A stretch of 64,000 nt of DNA from Bacteroidales bacterium (GTDB lineage: Bacteria > Bacteroidota > Bacteroidia > Bacteroidales > UBA12077): the NCBI GenBank assembly GCA_050179935.1, contig JBFXEQ010000010.1:2353-66352 (forward strand), written 5' to 3'. A program made the position numbers and the translations under genes. This document shows, one piece after another, positions 47,641 through 60,385 of this stretch; positions within the stretch are counted from its first letter, which is position 1; each line of letters begins with the position of its first letter. The notes under the pieces were generated by a model, which was not told the DNA's origin, searched no databases, and saw only the letters and a program-made list of their open reading frames with translations.

Positions 47641-49797
47641 CTATTCTTCTTCTTCTTCAGCCTCAAATGCTTTAATCAGTTTATCCTGAACCTCACCTGG
47701 AACTTGCTCATACTTGGCAAATTTCATTGTGTAAGTAGCACGGCCACCGGTAACTGAGCTAAGTGCTGTCGAATACTTGTTCATCTCAGCCAAAGGAACC
47801 TTTGCATTGATTTTTTCAAACCCTTTTTCACTGTTCATTCCTTCAATCATTGCTCTACGACCTTGTAAATCACTCATTACGTCACCCATTCTGTCTGATG
47901 GTACAAGTACTTCAACATCATAAATTGGTTCCATAATTTTTGGACCAGCCTCTTTAAATGCTGCTTTAAATGCATTACGGCCAGCAAGACGGAAAGATAT
48001 TTCGTTTGAATCAACCGGGTGCATCTTACCATCATAAACGCAAACACGAATATCGCGAGCATATGAACCTGTAAGCGGACCTTCTTCCATTTTTTCCATA
48101 ATACCTTTTAAAATAGCGGGTAAGAAACGCGCATCGATAGCTCCACCTACAATGCAATTGTAATAAACAAGCTTTCCTCCCCATGGTAAAGCATGTTCTT
48201 CCTTGTTTCTAACCGAAACAGCAATTTCTTTACCTGCAATTTTATATTTTGATGGTTCTGGTGCTCCTTCTTTATATGGTTCAATAACAATATGAACTTC
48301 ACCAAATTGTCCTGAACCGCCAGATTGCTTTTTGTGCCTGTAGCTTGATTCAGCAACCTTGGTTATTGTTTCTCTATATGGAATTCTTGGTGCTAAAAAT
48401 TCAGTTTCAATTTTGTAAATCTTATCCAAATGCCATTTTACCATATTATTTAAATGGTATTCACCCATTCCATGAATAATAATTTGTTTCAACTCTTTTG
48501 AATACTCGATTACAATGGTTGGATCGGCCTGATTGATTCTTCCAAGTGCTTCGCCTAATTTTTCGTCGTCTGATTCACTTACAGCTTTAATTGCTGTTCT
48601 GAATTTTGGATTTGGGAAAGAGAGAGCTGGAAATTTAATATCAGTTTTTCCATCAGAAAGAGTATGATTTGTACCAGTATTCTTTAATTTTACAGCAGCG
48701 CCAATATCTCCAGCCGAAAGTTGAGTAACCTTCTGACGATTTTTACCTGCAACAACATACAATTGTGATAATCTTTCTTTTGCTCCTGTATTGTTGTTCG
48801 TTAAGTCCATTCCTTCAGTTACTTTGCCCGAAATTACTTTAAAGTAGTTTATCTCTCCAATATGCGATTCAGTAGCTGATTTGAAAACAAAAAGTGCAGT
48901 TGGACCATCTTCTTTAGTTTGAATTTTCTTTCCATCAGTGGTAACCTCTTCTGGCATTTTATTAGGTGATGGCAATGCATTTATTGCAAACTCTAATAAT
49001 CGTTTAATACCCATGTTTTTTTCTCCTGAGGCACAGAATACAGGGAACATACCTCTGTTAATAAGACCAGCAGCAATACCTTTGCGCATTTCGTCTTCGT
49101 TTAGAGAGCCTTTTTCGAAAAATAATTCCATTAATTTTTCATCATTCTCAGCAGCAGCTTCAACAAGAGTGTTGTGTAATTCGTCAGCTGTAGCTTTTTG
49201 ATCAGCAGGAATTTCTAGCTCTTCTCGTTTTCCTGTTGCATCCCATTTGTACATCTTCATTTTAAGTACATCGATAATGGCTTTAAATTCGCTGCCAGAA
49301 CCAATTGGGTATTGAATAACAACTACTTTGCTTCCGAAGGCTGTTTTTGCAGCTTCCAAGGTTGCTTCATAATTCGCTTTTTCATGATCCATTTGATTTA
49401 TAACATATACAACAGGTTTGTGATGTTTTTCACAAAATCTGTTTAGTATTTCTGTACCAACTTCAATTCCATGAGCAGCATGTAGTAATAAAAATGCTGT
49501 ATCAGTTACACGAAAAGCAGAACTAACGCTACCTATATAATCATCAGCACCTGGAGTATCTATTATATTTATTTTATGATCGTTAAATTCAGTATATAAA
49601 ACAGTCGAAAATACTGAGTTGCCTGCTTCATGCTCAATATCATTGTAATCCGAAACAGTATTCTTTGCATCAATTGAACCTTTTCTTTCAATTACTCCGC
49701 CCTCAAGCAACAAAGCTTCTGCTAATGACGTTTTACCCGAACCCGAGCTTCCAATTAAAGCAATATTTCTAATTTTATCCGTTTGATAAGTTTTCAT
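47641..49797 (-). CDS. fusA2: Elongation factor G paralog (EF-G2 type)
   Basis: EF-G domain order with divergent G-motifs (GSSGSGKT, DTPGADD, NQMD), HKKQSGGSGQFG, domain-IV insert and YDGKMHPVDS. Confidence 0.9.
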   Translation of the reverse strand: MKTYQTDKIRNIALIGSSGSGKTSLAEALLLEGGVIERKGSIDAKNTVSDYNDIEHEAGNSVFSTVLYTEFNDHKINIIDTPGADDYIGSVSSAFRVTDTAFLLLHAAHGIEVGTEILNRFCEKHHKPVVYVINQMDHEKANYEATLEAAKTAFGSKVVVIQYPIGSGSEFKAIIDVLKMKMYKWDATGKREELEIPADQKATADELHNTLVEAAAENDEKLMELFFEKGSLNEDEMRKGIAAGLINRGMFPVFCASGEKNMGIKRLLEFAINALPSPNKMPEEVTTDGKKIQTKEDGPTALFVFKSATESHIGEINYFKVISGKVTEGMDLTNNNTGAKERLSQLYVVAGKNRQKVTQLSAGDIGAAVKLKNTGTNHTLSDGKTDIKFPALSFPNPKFRTAIKAVSESDDEKLGEALGRINQADPTIVIEYSKELKQIIIHGMGEYHLNNMVKWHLDKIYKIETEFLAPRIPYRETITKVAESSYRHKKQSGGSGQFGEVHIVIEPYKEGAPEPSKYKIAGKEIAVSVRNKEEHALPWGGKLVYYNCIVGGAIDARFLPAILKGIMEKMEEGPLTGSYARDIRVCVYDGKMHPVDSNEISFRLAGRNAFKAAFKEAGPKIMEPIYDVEVLVPSDRMGDVMSDLQGRRAMIEGMNSEKGFEKINAKVPLAEMNKYSTALSSVTGGRATYTMKFAKYEQVPGEVQDKLIKAFEAEEEEE

Positions 49798-49871
49798 ACT
49801 TTATTTATCTAATTAATTATTAATAAATGATTTAAACTTTGCTTATTTAATTATAATAGTAAAATGGGTTT

Positions 49872-49901
49872 CAAAAATAGTAAATTTTTATCAACACGCA
49901 A
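49872..49901 (-). promoter_or_regulatory. Promoter of fusA2
   Basis: Minus strand TTG (49899-49901)-N19-TATTTTTG (49872-79). Confidence 0.55.
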
Positions 49902-50005
49902 GAAAGTAAAGAATATAATATAATAGGTATTGTTTAAATGAAAGAGACAGTATAATTGATATTGGTTCTAAATAGCAAAAAAAGTACATTATATTAATTA
50001 TGTAT

Positions 50006-50036
50006 TTTGATAGTTTCAAAAAAGGGTTTAATTTTG
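50006..50036 (+). promoter_or_regulatory. Distal promoter candidate of the rpsL operon
   Basis: TTTG (50006-09)-N19-TAATTTTG (50029-36). Confidence 0.55.
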
Positions 50037-50170
50037 CACCATTTTCCGGCAAATAATTATTGAAGGGAAATCATTTAAAAATCAATAGTTTTAATAATTA
50101 TTTTGAAATATACAAAAGTGATTTTTTTATTTTTTCAGAGATCAAAATTTACGAAATAATTTTAAAAATA

Positions 50171-50202
50171 TTGTGGTTTATTAAAAAAAAAGAATACCTT
50201 TG
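50171..50202 (+). promoter_or_regulatory. Proximal promoter of the rpsL operon
   Basis: TTG (50171-73)-N21-TACCTTTG (50195-50202). Confidence 0.7.
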
Positions 50203-50244
50203 CGAACCGATTTTATAAAAAAATAATTTAAAATAATTGTCTAT

Positions 50245-50619
50245 ATGCCTACAATACAGCAGTTAGTAAGAAAAGGAAGAACTCAGATTGTGGAGAAGAA
50301 AAAAGCTCCTGCTTTGGATGCATGTCCTCAAAGGAGGGGTGTTTGTACTCGTGTTTATACAACAACACCAAAAAAACCAAACTCAGCAATGCGTAAAGTT
50401 GCAAGGGTTAGGCTAACTAATGGTAAAGAAGTGAATGCTTATATTCCAGGTGAAGGACATAACTTGCAGGAACACTCAATTGTTCTTATCAGAGGTGGTA
50501 GGGTTAAAGACCTTCCAGGTGTTCGTTATCACTTAATTAGAGGAGCTCTCGATACTTCAGGTGTTGAAGGCAGAACTCAACGACGCTCAAAATACGGAGC
50601 TAAAAGACCAAAAAAATAA
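50245..50619 (+). CDS. rpsL: 30S ribosomal protein S12
   Basis: [10 protein letters not shown]...TPKKPNSA...[10 protein letters not shown]. Confidence 0.99.
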   Translation: MPTIQQLVRKGRTQIVEKKKAPALDACPQRRGVCTRVYTTTPKKPNSAMRKVARVRLTNGKEVNAYIPGEGHNLQEHSIVLIRGGRVKDLPGVRYHLIRGALDTSGVEGRTQRRSKYGAKRPKK

Positions 50620-50644
50620 TCGAATTCAATAGAGTTTAGAAGCG

Positions 50645-51121
50645 ATGAGAAAATCAAAACCAAAACAAAGGATTTTATTACCAGATCCAAAATTTAAAGA
50701 TCAATTGGTTACCCGATTTGTAAACGATCTTCAGTTAGATGGTAAAAAGAATGCTGCTTTCAAAATTTTCTATGATGCAATGGATATCGTTGCTGAAAAA
50801 GCTAAAGACAAAGAAAAATCTGCAATCGAAGTTTGGAAAAAAGCATTAGAAAATATTACCCCAATGGTGGAGGTAAAAAGTAGAAGAATTGGTGGTGCAA
50901 CATTCCAGGTTCCTATGGAAGTTAATCCAAGAAGAAAAACAGCAATCAGTATTAAAAATATGATTAAATACGCACGCCAAAGAAGTGGTAAAAATATGGC
51001 CGAAAAACTTTCACAAGAAATTATGGCCGCATTTAACGAAGAAGGTGGAGCATTTAAGAAAAAAGAAGAAACTCATAGAATGGCCGATGCAAATAAGGCA
51101 TTTGCTCATTTTAGATTTTAA
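50645..51121 (+). CDS. rpsG: 30S ribosomal protein S7
   Basis: [15 protein letters not shown]...[13 protein letters not shown]. Confidence 0.99.
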   Translation: MRKSKPKQRILLPDPKFKDQLVTRFVNDLQLDGKKNAAFKIFYDAMDIVAEKAKDKEKSAIEVWKKALENITPMVEVKSRRIGGATFQVPMEVNPRRKTAISIKNMIKYARQRSGKNMAEKLSQEIMAAFNEEGGAFKKKEETHRMADANKAFAHFRF

Positions 51122-51161
51122 TTAGAAGTAAGAAGTAATTTTTGAGACGGGAATAGAGGAA

Positions 51162-53273
51162 ATGAGTAAAGACTTGCAGTATACCAGGAATATCGGAATC
51201 ATGGCTCATATTGATGCCGGTAAAACTACAACAACAGAGAGAATTCTGTATTATACTGGTATAACACATAGAATTGGAGAGGTTCACGATGGAGCTGCTA
51301 CAATGGACTGGATGGTTCAGGAGCAAGAGAGAGGAATTACAATTACTTCGGCTGCTACTACAGCTTACTGGAAATACCGTGATGTAGATTACAAAATTAA
51401 TATTATAGATACTCCTGGACACGTTGATTTTACTGTTGAAGTAGAAAGATCTTTGCGTGTTCTTGATGGAGCTATCGCTGTTTTTTGTGCTGTTGGTGGT
51501 GTTGAGCCACAATCAGAAACTGTTTGGAGACAGGCCGATAAATATGGCGTTCCAAGAATCGCATTTATTAATAAAATGGATCGTGCTGGTGCCGATTTTT
51601 TCTCAGTTGTATCGCAAATGAAAGAAAAATTAGGTGCAAATGCAGTTCCTGTTCAAATTCCAATCGGATCTGAAGAAACTTTTAAAGGCGTTATTGATCT
51701 TATCGAGAATAAAGCTGTTATCTGGTTCGAAGATGAAAAGCTTGGTACACGTTACGAATTAGTTGATGTTCCTGCTGAGTTTGTTGCAGAGACTGAAGAA
51801 TGGAGAGGCAAACTTATTGAAGCCGTTGCTGAATATGATGATGCTTTATTAGAAAGATTTTTCGAAGACCCAAATTCAATTACAAAAGACGAAATGATTG
51901 GTGTTATTCGTAAAGCTACTATCGGAATGACTATAGTTCCTGTACTTTGCGGTGCATCATTTAAAAATAAAGGCATTCAACGATTACTCGATTCAGTTGT
52001 TGCATTTCTTCCTAGTCCTTTAGATAAAGGAAATACAAAAGGAATAAATCCTAAAAACGACGAAGAAATTGAAAGAAAATCTGATGTATCAGAACCTTTA
52101 GCTGCATTAGCTTTTAAAATAGCTACCGATCCTTATGTAGGTCGTCTTGCATTTTTAAGAGTGTATTCAGGTAAAATTGATTCAGGTTCTTATGTGTTGA
52201 ACGTTAGAACTGGTAAACGCGAAAGAATTTCTCGTTTATATCAGATGCATGCAAATAAACAAAACCCTAAAGATGTTATCGAAGCTGGCGATATTTGTGC
52301 AGCTGTTGGTTTTAAAGATCTTAGAACTGGCGATACATTATGTGACGAAAAACATCCTATAGTTCTAGAATCAATGGATTTCCCAGAACCTGTTATCGGT
52401 ATTGCTGTTGAACCAAAAACTCAGAAAGATTTAGATAAACTGAATATGGCGCTTATGAAACTAGCAGAAGAGGATCCTACTTTTTCTGTAAAAGTTGATG
52501 CCGATTCAGGTCAGACTATTATCGCTGGTATGGGTGAATTACATCTTGAGATTTTAATTGATCGTTTATTACGTGAATTTAAGGTAGAATGTAACCAGGG
52601 AGCACCTCAGGTAGCATATAAGGAAGCTATTACAGCTTCAGTGGAACATCGTGAAGTTTTCAAAAAACAAAGTGGTGGACGTGGAAAATTTGCAGATATT
52701 GTTGTTACTGTCGGACCAGCAGACGAAAACGAAAAAGGGGTTCAGTTTATTGATAAAATAAAAGGTGGTAATATTCCACGCGAATATATTCCAGCAATTA
52801 ATAAAGGTTTTAAAGAAGCATTATATAATGGTGTATTAGCAGGCTATCCAGTAGAAAGCTTGAAAGTAACACTTACTGACGGATCATACCACGACGTGGA
52901 TTCTGATTCGTTATCATTCGAAATTTGTGCTAAAATGGCATTCAGAAATGCTTGTGCTAAAGCAAAACCAGTATTGATGGAGCCAATTATGTCAGTTGAG
53001 GTTGTTACACCCGAAGAATATATGGGTGATATTATTGGAGACTTTAACCGACGAAGAGGAAAAGTTGAAGGAATGGAAAATAAAGGTGGTGCACGCGTTA
53101 TTAAAGCCAAAGTGCCTTTATCAGAGCAGTTTGGATATGTAACTGTTTTACGTACCATCAGCTCAGGTCGTGCAACTTCTACGATGGAGTTTTCGCATTA
53201 CGACCAGGTACCTGATGCAATTGCAAAAGGAATTGTTGAGAAAGCAAAAGGAAAAGTGAATTTGTTTAATTAA
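51162..53273 (+). CDS. fusA: Elongation factor G (canonical)
   Basis: [26 protein letters not shown]. Confidence 0.99.
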   Translation: MSKDLQYTRNIGIMAHIDAGKTTTTERILYYTGITHRIGEVHDGAATMDWMVQEQERGITITSAATTAYWKYRDVDYKINIIDTPGHVDFTVEVERSLRVLDGAIAVFCAVGGVEPQSETVWRQADKYGVPRIAFINKMDRAGADFFSVVSQMKEKLGANAVPVQIPIGSEETFKGVIDLIENKAVIWFEDEKLGTRYELVDVPAEFVAETEEWRGKLIEAVAEYDDALLERFFEDPNSITKDEMIGVIRKATIGMTIVPVLCGASFKNKGIQRLLDSVVAFLPSPLDKGNTKGINPKNDEEIERKSDVSEPLAALAFKIATDPYVGRLAFLRVYSGKIDSGSYVLNVRTGKRERISRLYQMHANKQNPKDVIEAGDICAAVGFKDLRTGDTLCDEKHPIVLESMDFPEPVIGIAVEPKTQKDLDKLNMALMKLAEEDPTFSVKVDADSGQTIIAGMGELHLEILIDRLLREFKVECNQGAPQVAYKEAITASVEHREVFKKQSGGRGKFADIVVTVGPADENEKGVQFIDKIKGGNIPREYIPAINKGFKEALYNGVLAGYPVESLKVTLTDGSYHDVDSDSLSFEICAKMAFRNACAKAKPVLMEPIMSVEVVTPEEYMGDIIGDFNRRRGKVEGMENKGGARVIKAKVPLSEQFGYVTVLRTISSGRATSTMEFSHYDQVPDAIAKGIVEKAKGKVNLFN

Positions 53274-53281
53274 AGAAAATA

Positions 53282-53587
53282 ATGAGCCAGAAGATTAGAA
53301 TTAAATTAAAATCTTACGATCACAATCTAGTAGATAAATCTGCAGAGAAAATTGTGAAAACCGTAAAGTCCACTGGTGCAGTTGTAAGTGGTCCAATTCC
53401 ACTACCAACTCATAAGAGAATATTTACTGTATTACGTTCTCCTTTCGTTAACAAGAAATCAAGAGAACAATTTCAGTTATCTTCTTATAAAAGATTATTG
53501 GATATTTACAGTTCAACTCCAAAAACAATCGATGCGTTAATGAAGTTGGAACTACCAAGTGGTGTAGAAGTAGAAATAAAAGTGTAA
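53282..53587 (+). CDS. rpsJ: 30S ribosomal protein S10
   Basis: [11 protein letters not shown]...GPIPLPT...SREQF. Confidence 0.99.
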   Translation: MSQKIRIKLKSYDHNLVDKSAEKIVKTVKSTGAVVSGPIPLPTHKRIFTVLRSPFVNKKSREQFQLSSYKRLLDIYSSTPKTIDALMKLELPSGVEVEIKV

Positions 53588-53607
53588 TTAAGTAAAACAA
53601 CAAAAAA

Positions 53608-54228
53608 ATGCCAGGATTAATTGGAAAAAAGATCGGAATGACTTCCGTCTACAGTGCCGAGGGAAAAAATATTCCATGCACTGTTATCGAGGCTGGGCCA
53701 TGTGTTGTGACGCAAGTAAAAACTGTCGAAAAGGATGGTTATGCATCATATCAATTGGCTTTTGATGAGAGGAGAGAAAAAAGCACTCCAAACCCTCTAA
53801 AAGGACACTTTAAGAAAGCAGGAACAACTCCTAAAAGTAAAGTTTACGAATTTCAAGTATTTGAAAAAGAGTATAAATTAGGAGATACAGTTACTGTAGA
53901 TCACATCATTTCTGAAGGAATGTTTGTTGATATTATTGGATGGTCTAAAGGAAAAGGATTTCAGGGTGTTGTAAAACGTCATGGATTTAGTGGTGTTGGT
54001 GGCCAAACACATGGTCAGCACAACAGACTACGTGCGCCAGGTTCAATGGGTGCATCATCAGATCCATCACGCGTTTTTAAAGGTATGAGAATGGCAGGTC
54101 AAACAGGGAACAAAAGAGTTATGATGATTAACTTAAGAGTTATGAAAGTAGTTCCTGAAAATAATCTGCTTGTAGTAAAAGGATCAGTTCCTGGTTCAAA
54201 TGGTTCATATTTAATTATTCATGAGTAA
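53608..54228 (+). CDS. rplC: 50S ribosomal protein L3
   Basis: [25 protein letters not shown]. Confidence 0.99.
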   Translation: MPGLIGKKIGMTSVYSAEGKNIPCTVIEAGPCVVTQVKTVEKDGYASYQLAFDERREKSTPNPLKGHFKKAGTTPKSKVYEFQVFEKEYKLGDTVTVDHIISEGMFVDIIGWSKGKGFQGVVKRHGFSGVGGQTHGQHNRLRAPGSMGASSDPSRVFKGMRMAGQTGNKRVMMINLRVMKVVPENNLLVVKGSVPGSNGSYLIIHE

Positions 54229-54857
54229 TGGAATTAGCAATAATTAACATAGAAGGCAAAGATACAGGTAAGAAAGTGAACCTTAGTGATTCAATATTTA
54301 AAATTGAACCTAATGATCATGCTATTTATCTGGATGTTAAGCAGTATTTAGCTAACAAACGCCAAGGCACGCATAAAGCAAAAGAGAAATCTGAACTTAG
54401 CGGTAGTACAAAAAAACTTAAAAGACAAAAAGGAACAGGAACCGCCAGATCTGGTAGTATTAAATCTCCTTTATTTAAAGGTGGAGCCAGAGTATTTGGC
54501 CCAAGACCTAGAGATTACTCTTTTAAGTTAAACAAGAAAGTTAAAAGTTTAGCACGTCAATCAGCATTAGCTTATAAAGCAGTTGACAATAATATTAAAG
54601 TGCTAGAAAACTTCAACTTCGAACTTCCTAAAACAAAGGAATTTGTTAACCTCAGAAATAATTTGGATGTTGCAGATAAAAAAATGCTTTTAGTTTTATC
54701 TGAACAAAATAAAAATATATATTTGTCATCCAGAAATTTACAGGATGTTAAAGTAGTAACTGTTTCAGATTTAACTACTTACGACATAATGAATGCTTCA
54801 GTTGTTCTGTTTGTTGAAAACTCAATTGAACCATTACATAAATTGTTTAGAATCTAA
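54228..54857 (+). CDS. rplD: 50S ribosomal protein L4
   Basis: [22 protein letters not shown]. Confidence 0.99.
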   Translation: MELAIINIEGKDTGKKVNLSDSIFKIEPNDHAIYLDVKQYLANKRQGTHKAKEKSELSGSTKKLKRQKGTGTARSGSIKSPLFKGGARVFGPRPRDYSFKLNKKVKSLARQSALAYKAVDNNIKVLENFNFELPKTKEFVNLRNNLDVADKKMLLVLSEQNKNIYLSSRNLQDVKVVTVSDLTTYDIMNASVVLFVENSIEPLHKLFRI

Positions 54858-54872
54858 GAAAAAAAAGAAACA

Positions 54873-55163
54873 ATGGATATTTTAATAAAGCCAATAGTTA
54901 CCGAGAAAATGACCATGCAAGGCGATAGCCATAACAGATATGGTTTTATAGTAGATAAGAGGGCAAATAAGATTCAGATTAAGAAAGCCATTGAAGATAT
55001 GTATGGCGTTTCAGTAGAAGCGATCAATACCATGCGTTATCTTGGGAAGAAAAAATCTCGATTTACTAAATCTGGTGTTATTGAAGGTGGATCAAATTCT
55101 TACAAGAAAGCAGTGGTTACTTTAACCGATGGTGAAAAAATTGATTTTTATAGCAATATTTAA
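54873..55163 (+). CDS. rplW: 50S ribosomal protein L23
   Basis: [25 protein letters not shown]. Confidence 0.98.
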   Translation: MDILIKPIVTEKMTMQGDSHNRYGFIVDKRANKIQIKKAIEDMYGVSVEAINTMRYLGKKKSRFTKSGVIEGGSNSYKKAVVTLTDGEKIDFYSNI

Positions 55164-55168
55164 TTAAC

Positions 55169-55993
55169 ATGGCAGTACGTAAATTAAACCCTGTTACCCC
55201 AGGACAAAGACATAAAATTATTGGTGCTTTTGATACAATTACCAAAAGTACACCAGAAAAATCTTTGTTGGTTTCAATGAAAAGAACCGGTGGAAGAAAT
55301 AATAGTGGAAAAATGACCATGAGATATATTGGGGGTGGTCATAAGAAGAGATATCGTATAATCGATTTTCTTAGAAATAAAGATGGAATGGATGCAACTG
55401 TTAATGGTATTGAATACGATCCAAACAGATCTGCTCGTATTGCATTAATTACCTATAAAGATGGTGAAAAAAGATACATAATTGCTCCAACCGGATTAAA
55501 AGTTGGTCAAACAATTGTTTCAGGTAAAAATGTAGCTCCAGAAATTGGAAATACACTTTTCTTATCTGATATACCACTAGGTACAGTAATTCATAATATC
55601 GAACTTCATCCTGGTAAAGGTGGTGCATTAGCACGAAGTGCTGGTACATATGCACAATTAACATCACGCGATGGGAAATATGCAATAGTTAAAATGCCAT
55701 CAGGAGAAACCAGAATGATTTTAACAACATGCCGTGCAACAATCGGAACAGTTTCTAACTCTGATCATAGTCTTGAGGTTTCAGGTAAAGCTGGAAGACA
55801 CAGATGGTTAGGTATTCGTCCAAGAGTTCGTGGTGTTGTTATGAACCCTGTTGATCACCCAATGGGTGGTGGTGAAGGTAGAGCTTCTGGAGGTCATCCA
55901 AGATCTAGAAAAGGTATTCCTGCTAAAGGATATAAAACTAGAACTCCTAAAAAAGCTTCTAATAAATATATTGTAGAAAAACGAAAGAAATAA
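55169..55993 (+). CDS. rplB: 50S ribosomal protein L2
   Basis: [26 protein letters not shown]. Confidence 0.99.
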   Translation: MAVRKLNPVTPGQRHKIIGAFDTITKSTPEKSLLVSMKRTGGRNNSGKMTMRYIGGGHKKRYRIIDFLRNKDGMDATVNGIEYDPNRSARIALITYKDGEKRYIIAPTGLKVGQTIVSGKNVAPEIGNTLFLSDIPLGTVIHNIELHPGKGGALARSAGTYAQLTSRDGKYAIVKMPSGETRMILTTCRATIGTVSNSDHSLEVSGKAGRHRWLGIRPRVRGVVMNPVDHPMGGGEGRASGGHPRSRKGIPAKGYKTRTPKKASNKYIVEKRKK

Positions 55994-56004
55994 AATAGTT
56001 TGCT

Positions 56005-56274
56005 ATGAGTCGATCACTTAAAAAAGGCCCATTTATTGATTTCAAACTTGAAAAAAGAGTTCAATATCTGAACCAGTCAGGTAAAAAATCTGTAGTAAAA
56101 ACATGGTCACGCAGATCAATGATATCTCCAGATTTTGTTGGGCATACGATTGCTGTTCATAATGGGAATAAATTTATCCCGGTATATGTTACCGAAAATA
56201 TGGTTGGTCATAAATTAGGTGAATTTTCGCCAACCCGTACTTTCAGAGGTCATGCCGGAAATAAAAAAGGTTAA
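56005..56274 (+). CDS. rpsS: 30S ribosomal protein S19
   Basis: [21 protein letters not shown]. Confidence 0.99.
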   Translation: MSRSLKKGPFIDFKLEKRVQYLNQSGKKSVVKTWSRRSMISPDFVGHTIAVHNGNKFIPVYVTENMVGHKLGEFSPTRTFRGHAGNKKG

Positions 56275-56313
56275 TAACCAACAATAGTTTTACACAAAAA
56301 AATATAGACTATA

Positions 56314-56730
56314 ATGGGTGCTAGAAAAAGAATAAGAGCAAATCAAATCAAAGAGAGCAAAAAAGAAAAGTATTTTGCTGTTTTACGAAATTGCCCTACA
56401 TCACCACGAAAGATGAGATTAGTAGCTGACATGGTTAGAGGGATGGAAGTAAATAGAGCTCTTGATGTGTTGAAATTTAATTCGAAAGAAGCTTCAGGCC
56501 GAATGGAAAAACTGCTAATGTCAGCTATTTCAAACTGGCAGATTAAAAACGAAGGCGTTCGAATAGAAGATAGCAAGTTAATTGTGAAAGAGATTTTTGT
56601 TGATCAGGCACGAACCTTAAAAAGAGTTCAGCCAGCTCCTCAAGGTAGAGCTCATAGAATCAGAAAAAGATCAAATCACGTTACCATAGTGCTTGATAAT
56701 TTAAGTAACAACGATACTCAAACAGAATAA
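56314..56730 (+). CDS. rplV: 50S ribosomal protein L22
   Basis: [27 protein letters not shown]. Confidence 0.98.
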   Translation: MGARKRIRANQIKESKKEKYFAVLRNCPTSPRKMRLVADMVRGMEVNRALDVLKFNSKEASGRMEKLLMSAISNWQIKNEGVRIEDSKLIVKEIFVDQARTLKRVQPAPQGRAHRIRKRSNHVTIVLDNLSNNDTQTE

Positions 56731-56733
56731 TAG

Positions 56734-57477
56734 ATGGGACAAAAAGTTAATCCGATTTCAAATCGATTGGGAATCATTAAAGGTTGGGATTCTAATTGGT
56801 ACGGTGGAAGAAAATATGCCGATAAACTGGTTGAGGATACAAAAATCAGAAAGTATCTCGAAGCTCGATTAGCTAAAGCAAGTATTTCGAAAATAATTAT
56901 TGAAAGAACATTAAAACTTATCACAGTAACTGTTAATACTGCTCGTCCGGGAATTATTATCGGAAAAGGAGGTCAGGAAGTTGATAAACTTAAAGAGGAA
57001 TTGAAAAAAATTACCAAAAAAGAAGTTCAAATCAATATTTTTGAAGTAAAAAGACCTGAACTGGATGCAACTATCGTTGGTAGTGGTATTGCTCGTCAAA
57101 TCGAAGGTAAGATTTCTTATCGTCGTGCAATCAAGATGGCAATCGCTTCAACCATGAGAATGGGTGCAGAAGGTATTAAAGTTCAGATCTCTGGTCGATT
57201 AGGTGGTGCCGAAATGGCACGTACTGAAGTATATAAGGAAGGACGTACTCCGTTACATACGTTCCGTTCAGATATAGATTACGCATTGAGCGAAGCTTTA
57301 ACAAAAGTTGGCTTAATGGGAGTTAAAGTTTGGATTTGCAGAGGTGAGATCTATGGAAAACCAGATTTAGCACCAAATTTATCTGCTTTACCAGCAACAC
57401 CTAAGGGTCAAGTTGGTAATCAGAAACCTGCAAAAGGAAACTTTGGCAGAAAGAAAAGAGATAATAAGAAATATTAA
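56734..57477 (+). CDS. rpsC: 30S ribosomal protein S3
   Basis: [28 protein letters not shown]. Confidence 0.99.
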   Translation: MGQKVNPISNRLGIIKGWDSNWYGGRKYADKLVEDTKIRKYLEARLAKASISKIIIERTLKLITVTVNTARPGIIIGKGGQEVDKLKEELKKITKKEVQINIFEVKRPELDATIVGSGIARQIEGKISYRRAIKMAIASTMRMGAEGIKVQISGRLGGAEMARTEVYKEGRTPLHTFRSDIDYALSEALTKVGLMGVKVWICRGEIYGKPDLAPNLSALPATPKGQVGNQKPAKGNFGRKKRDNKKY

Positions 57478-57489
57478 TGAGGATTTGAA

Positions 57490-57918
57490 ATGTTACAGCC
57501 AAAGAAAACTAAATACAGAAGAGTCCAGAAGGGCAAAATGAAAGGCAATGCCCAACGCGGAAATCAATTAGCATTTGGTTCTTTCGGAATCAAAGCTCTT
57601 GAAGAGTGCTGGATCACAGGTCGTCAAATTGAAGCAGCTAGACAAGCTGTGACAAGATATATGAAAAGAGAAGGACAAATCTGGATTCGTATATTTCCGG
57701 ACAAACCTATCACTAAAAAACCCGCCGAAGTACGTATGGGTAAAGGTAGAGGTGCTCCAGAAGGATTTGTTGCTCCGGTAAAACCAGGAAGAATCCTAAT
57801 TGAAGCCGAAGGAGTTCCATTCGAAATAGCACAAGAAGCTTTACGATTGGCTGCTCAAAAACTGCCTATTACTACAAAATTTGTAGTTAGACGTGATTAT
57901 GTTGAAAAAACAAATTAG
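57490..57918 (+). CDS. rplP: 50S ribosomal protein L16
   Basis: [26 protein letters not shown]. Confidence 0.99.
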   Translation: MLQPKKTKYRRVQKGKMKGNAQRGNQLAFGSFGIKALEECWITGRQIEAARQAVTRYMKREGQIWIRIFPDKPITKKPAEVRMGKGRGAPEGFVAPVKPGRILIEAEGVPFEIAQEALRLAAQKLPITTKFVVRRDYVEKTN

Positions 57919-57924
57919 TGCGAA

Positions 57925-58131
57925 ATGAAAAGTTCTGAAATTAAAGAGTTAACAACAAAGGAGTTAGAAGAAAGAATCGATACAGAGAGTTCCCATCTGA
58001 CTCGTCTAAAGCTTAATCATGCTGTGTCTCCTTTAGACAATCCTTTGAAAATTAAGCAAACCCGCAAAAATATTGCCAGGTTAAAAACTGAGTTGCGTAA
58101 AAGAGAATTAAACGAGAGTTCAAACAGTTAA
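57925..58131 (+). CDS. rpmC: 50S ribosomal protein L29
   Basis: RKNIARLKT; operon position. Confidence 0.97.
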   Translation: MKSSEIKELTTKELEERIDTESSHLTRLKLNHAVSPLDNPLKIKQTRKNIARLKTELRKRELNESSNS

Positions 58132-58140
58132 TTGTGAAAA

Positions 58141-58401
58141 ATGGAAACAGCAAGAAATCTGAGAAAAGAACGTGTTGGGGTTGTTGTTAGTAATAAGATG
58201 GATAAAACCATTATAATTACTGTCGAAAGAAAAGTTAAACATCCAAAATACGGGAAATTCATCAACCGCAGAACAAGATTTACTGCACATGATGAAGAAA
58301 ACACTTGCAATATAGGGGATACAGTACGAATTATGGAAACTAGACCTTTGAGCAAAAATAAATGTTGGAGATTAGTTGAAATTATTGAAAGAGTTAAATA
58401 G
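58141..58401 (+). CDS. rpsQ: 30S ribosomal protein S17
   Basis: [24 protein letters not shown]. Confidence 0.99.
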   Translation: METARNLRKERVGVVVSNKMDKTIIITVERKVKHPKYGKFINRRTRFTAHDEENTCNIGDTVRIMETRPLSKNKCWRLVEIIERVK

Positions 58402-58403
58402 CC

Positions 58404-58769
58404 ATGATACAACAAGAAAGTAGATTAACAGTAGCTGATAATAGCGGAGCCAAAGAAGTATTGTGTATAAGAGTACTTGGTGGTACAGGCAAAAGATATG
58501 CAAGTATAGGCGATACAATCGTTGTTGCTGTTAAAAGCGCTTTACCATCTGGAGAAGTTAAAAAAGGAACAGTTTCGAAAGCTGTTGTAGTTAGAACTAA
58601 AAAAGAAGTTCGAAGACAAGATGGTTCGTATATTCGTTTCGATAACAATGCCGTAGTATTGTTAAATAATGCCGGTGAAATAAGAGGTACACGTATTTTT
58701 GGCCCAATTCCTAGAGAATTGCGCGATAAGTATATGAAAATTATTTCATTAGCTCCAGAAGTATTATAA
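58404..58769 (+). CDS. rplN: 50S ribosomal protein L14
   Basis: [22 protein letters not shown]. Confidence 0.99.
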   Translation: MIQQESRLTVADNSGAKEVLCIRVLGGTGKRYASIGDTIVVAVKSALPSGEVKKGTVSKAVVVRTKKEVRRQDGSYIRFDNNAVVLLNNAGEIRGTRIFGPIPRELRDKYMKIISLAPEVL

Positions 58770-58787
58770 TTAAAAAATTATAGCTGC

Positions 58788-59111
58788 ATGCGAAGGAAAT
58801 TACACATAAAGAAAGGCGATACTGTTTACGTAAATGCAGGTGAGTCTAAAGGTCAACAAGGTAAAGTACTTGAAGTTATTTACGAAAAGGAAAAAGCTAT
58901 TGTTGAAGGCGTAAACATGGTTTCGAAACATACAAAACCGAATGCTAAAAGTCCACAAGGTGGAATTATTAAAAAAGAAGCACCAATTCATATTTCAAAC
59001 TTAATGGTTGTAGATCCATCAACAGGAAAACCAACCCGAATTGGACGTCGGTTAAATGATAAAAGCAAATTAGTGCGTTATTCAAAAAAATCAGGAGAGG
59101 AGATTAAATAA
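58788..59111 (+). CDS. rplX: 50S ribosomal protein L24
   Basis: [20 protein letters not shown]. Confidence 0.98.
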   Translation: MRRKLHIKKGDTVYVNAGESKGQQGKVLEVIYEKEKAIVEGVNMVSKHTKPNAKSPQGGIIKKEAPIHISNLMVVDPSTGKPTRIGRRLNDKSKLVRYSKKSGEEIK

Positions 59112-59668
59112 TGGAATACACGCCAACATTAGAGACCAGGTATAAAAAAGAAATTATCCCTGCCTTAAAAAAGGAGTTCAGTTACAGTTCTGTAATGGAA
59201 GTTCCAAGATTAGAAAAAATAGTTATTAATCAAGGCGTTGGTCAGGCAGTTGCAGATAAGAAGCTTATTGATGCTGCTCAAGATGAATTAACAATTATAG
59301 CAGGACAGAAAGCTATAAAAACATATTCGAAAAAAGACATTTCGAATTTTAAACTTCGTAAAGGAATGCCTATTGGTATTAAAGTAACCTTACGAAAAGA
59401 AAGAATGTATGAATTTATGGAGCGATTAATTTCTGTTTCGCTTCCTCGAATTCGTGATTTTAACGGGGTGAATGCAAAATTTGACGGACGCGGAAACTAT
59501 ACACTAGGTATTCAAGAACAAATTATTTTTCCAGAAATAGATCTTGATAAAATTAATAAGTTATTAGGAATGGAAATAACATTTGTTACTACCGCTAAAA
59601 CCGATGAAGAAGGAATAGCTTTGTTACGCGAATTTGGGATTCCATTTAAAAATATTAAAAAGAAATAA
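59111..59668 (+). CDS. rplE: 50S ribosomal protein L5
   Basis: [24 protein letters not shown]. Confidence 0.99.
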   Translation: MEYTPTLETRYKKEIIPALKKEFSYSSVMEVPRLEKIVINQGVGQAVADKKLIDAAQDELTIIAGQKAIKTYSKKDISNFKLRKGMPIGIKVTLRKERMYEFMERLISVSLPRIRDFNGVNAKFDGRGNYTLGIQEQIIFPEIDLDKINKLLGMEITFVTTAKTDEEGIALLREFGIPFKNIKKK

Positions 59669-59676
59669 TAGATAGT

Positions 59677-59946
59677 ATGGCTAAAGAATCAATGAAAGCC
59701 CGTGAAAGGAAACGCCAACGATTGGTTGAAAAGTATGCTGCTAAAAGAGCAGAACTTAAAGCTGAAGGCGATTTTGTTGGGTTAAGCAGATTACCTAAAA
59801 ACTCAAATCCAATAAGATTGCATAACAGATGTATGCTTACTGGAAGACCTAAAGGTTATATCCGTCAATTCGGAATTAGCAGGATTACTTTCAGAGAAAT
59901 GGCTTCGAAAGGTTTAATCCCTGGTGTAAAGAAAGCAAGTTGGTAG
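59677..59946 (+). CDS. rpsN: 30S ribosomal protein S14 (89-aa zinc-independent type)
   Basis: [27 protein letters not shown]; only one Cys. Confidence 0.98.
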   Translation: MAKESMKARERKRQRLVEKYAAKRAELKAEGDFVGLSRLPKNSNPIRLHNRCMLTGRPKGYIRQFGISRITFREMASKGLIPGVKKASW

Positions 59947-59970
59947 ATTGAAATTATAAAAAGTAGAGAT

Positions 59971-60369
59971 ATGATTACAGATCCGATAGCAGATTATCTT
60001 ACTCGTTTAAGAAATGCTGTAATGGCAAAACATAGAGTAGTTGAAATTCCGGCTTCAAGTTTAAAAAAGGATATTACGAAAATACTTTTCGATAAAGGAT
60101 ATATACTTTCTTATAAATTCGAAGACGATGATAAACAGGGGATTATTAAAATTGCTTTAAAATATCACCCTGAAACTAAAGCTCCAGCTATACGCTCAAT
60201 TCGACGCGTTAGTAAACCGGGCTTACGTAAGTATGTTGGTACAGACGAAATACCACGTGTACTTAATGGTTTAGGTATAGCTATTTTATCTACATCAAAA
60301 GGTGTAATTACTGATAAAGAGGCTCGTACATTAAACGTTGGTGGCGAAGTAATTTGTTATGTACATTAA
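59971..60369 (+). CDS. rpsH: 30S ribosomal protein S8
   Basis: [26 protein letters not shown]. Confidence 0.99.
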   Translation: MITDPIADYLTRLRNAVMAKHRVVEIPASSLKKDITKILFDKGYILSYKFEDDDKQGIIKIALKYHPETKAPAIRSIRRVSKPGLRKYVGTDEIPRVLNGLGIAILSTSKGVITDKEARTLNVGGEVICYVH

Positions 60370-60385
60370 TAAGGAGGATAACTAA

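Noticed and set aside
53273-53282. Missing tuf between fusA and rpsJ
   Set aside because: This is the normal arrangement in Bacteroidota, not a deletion.
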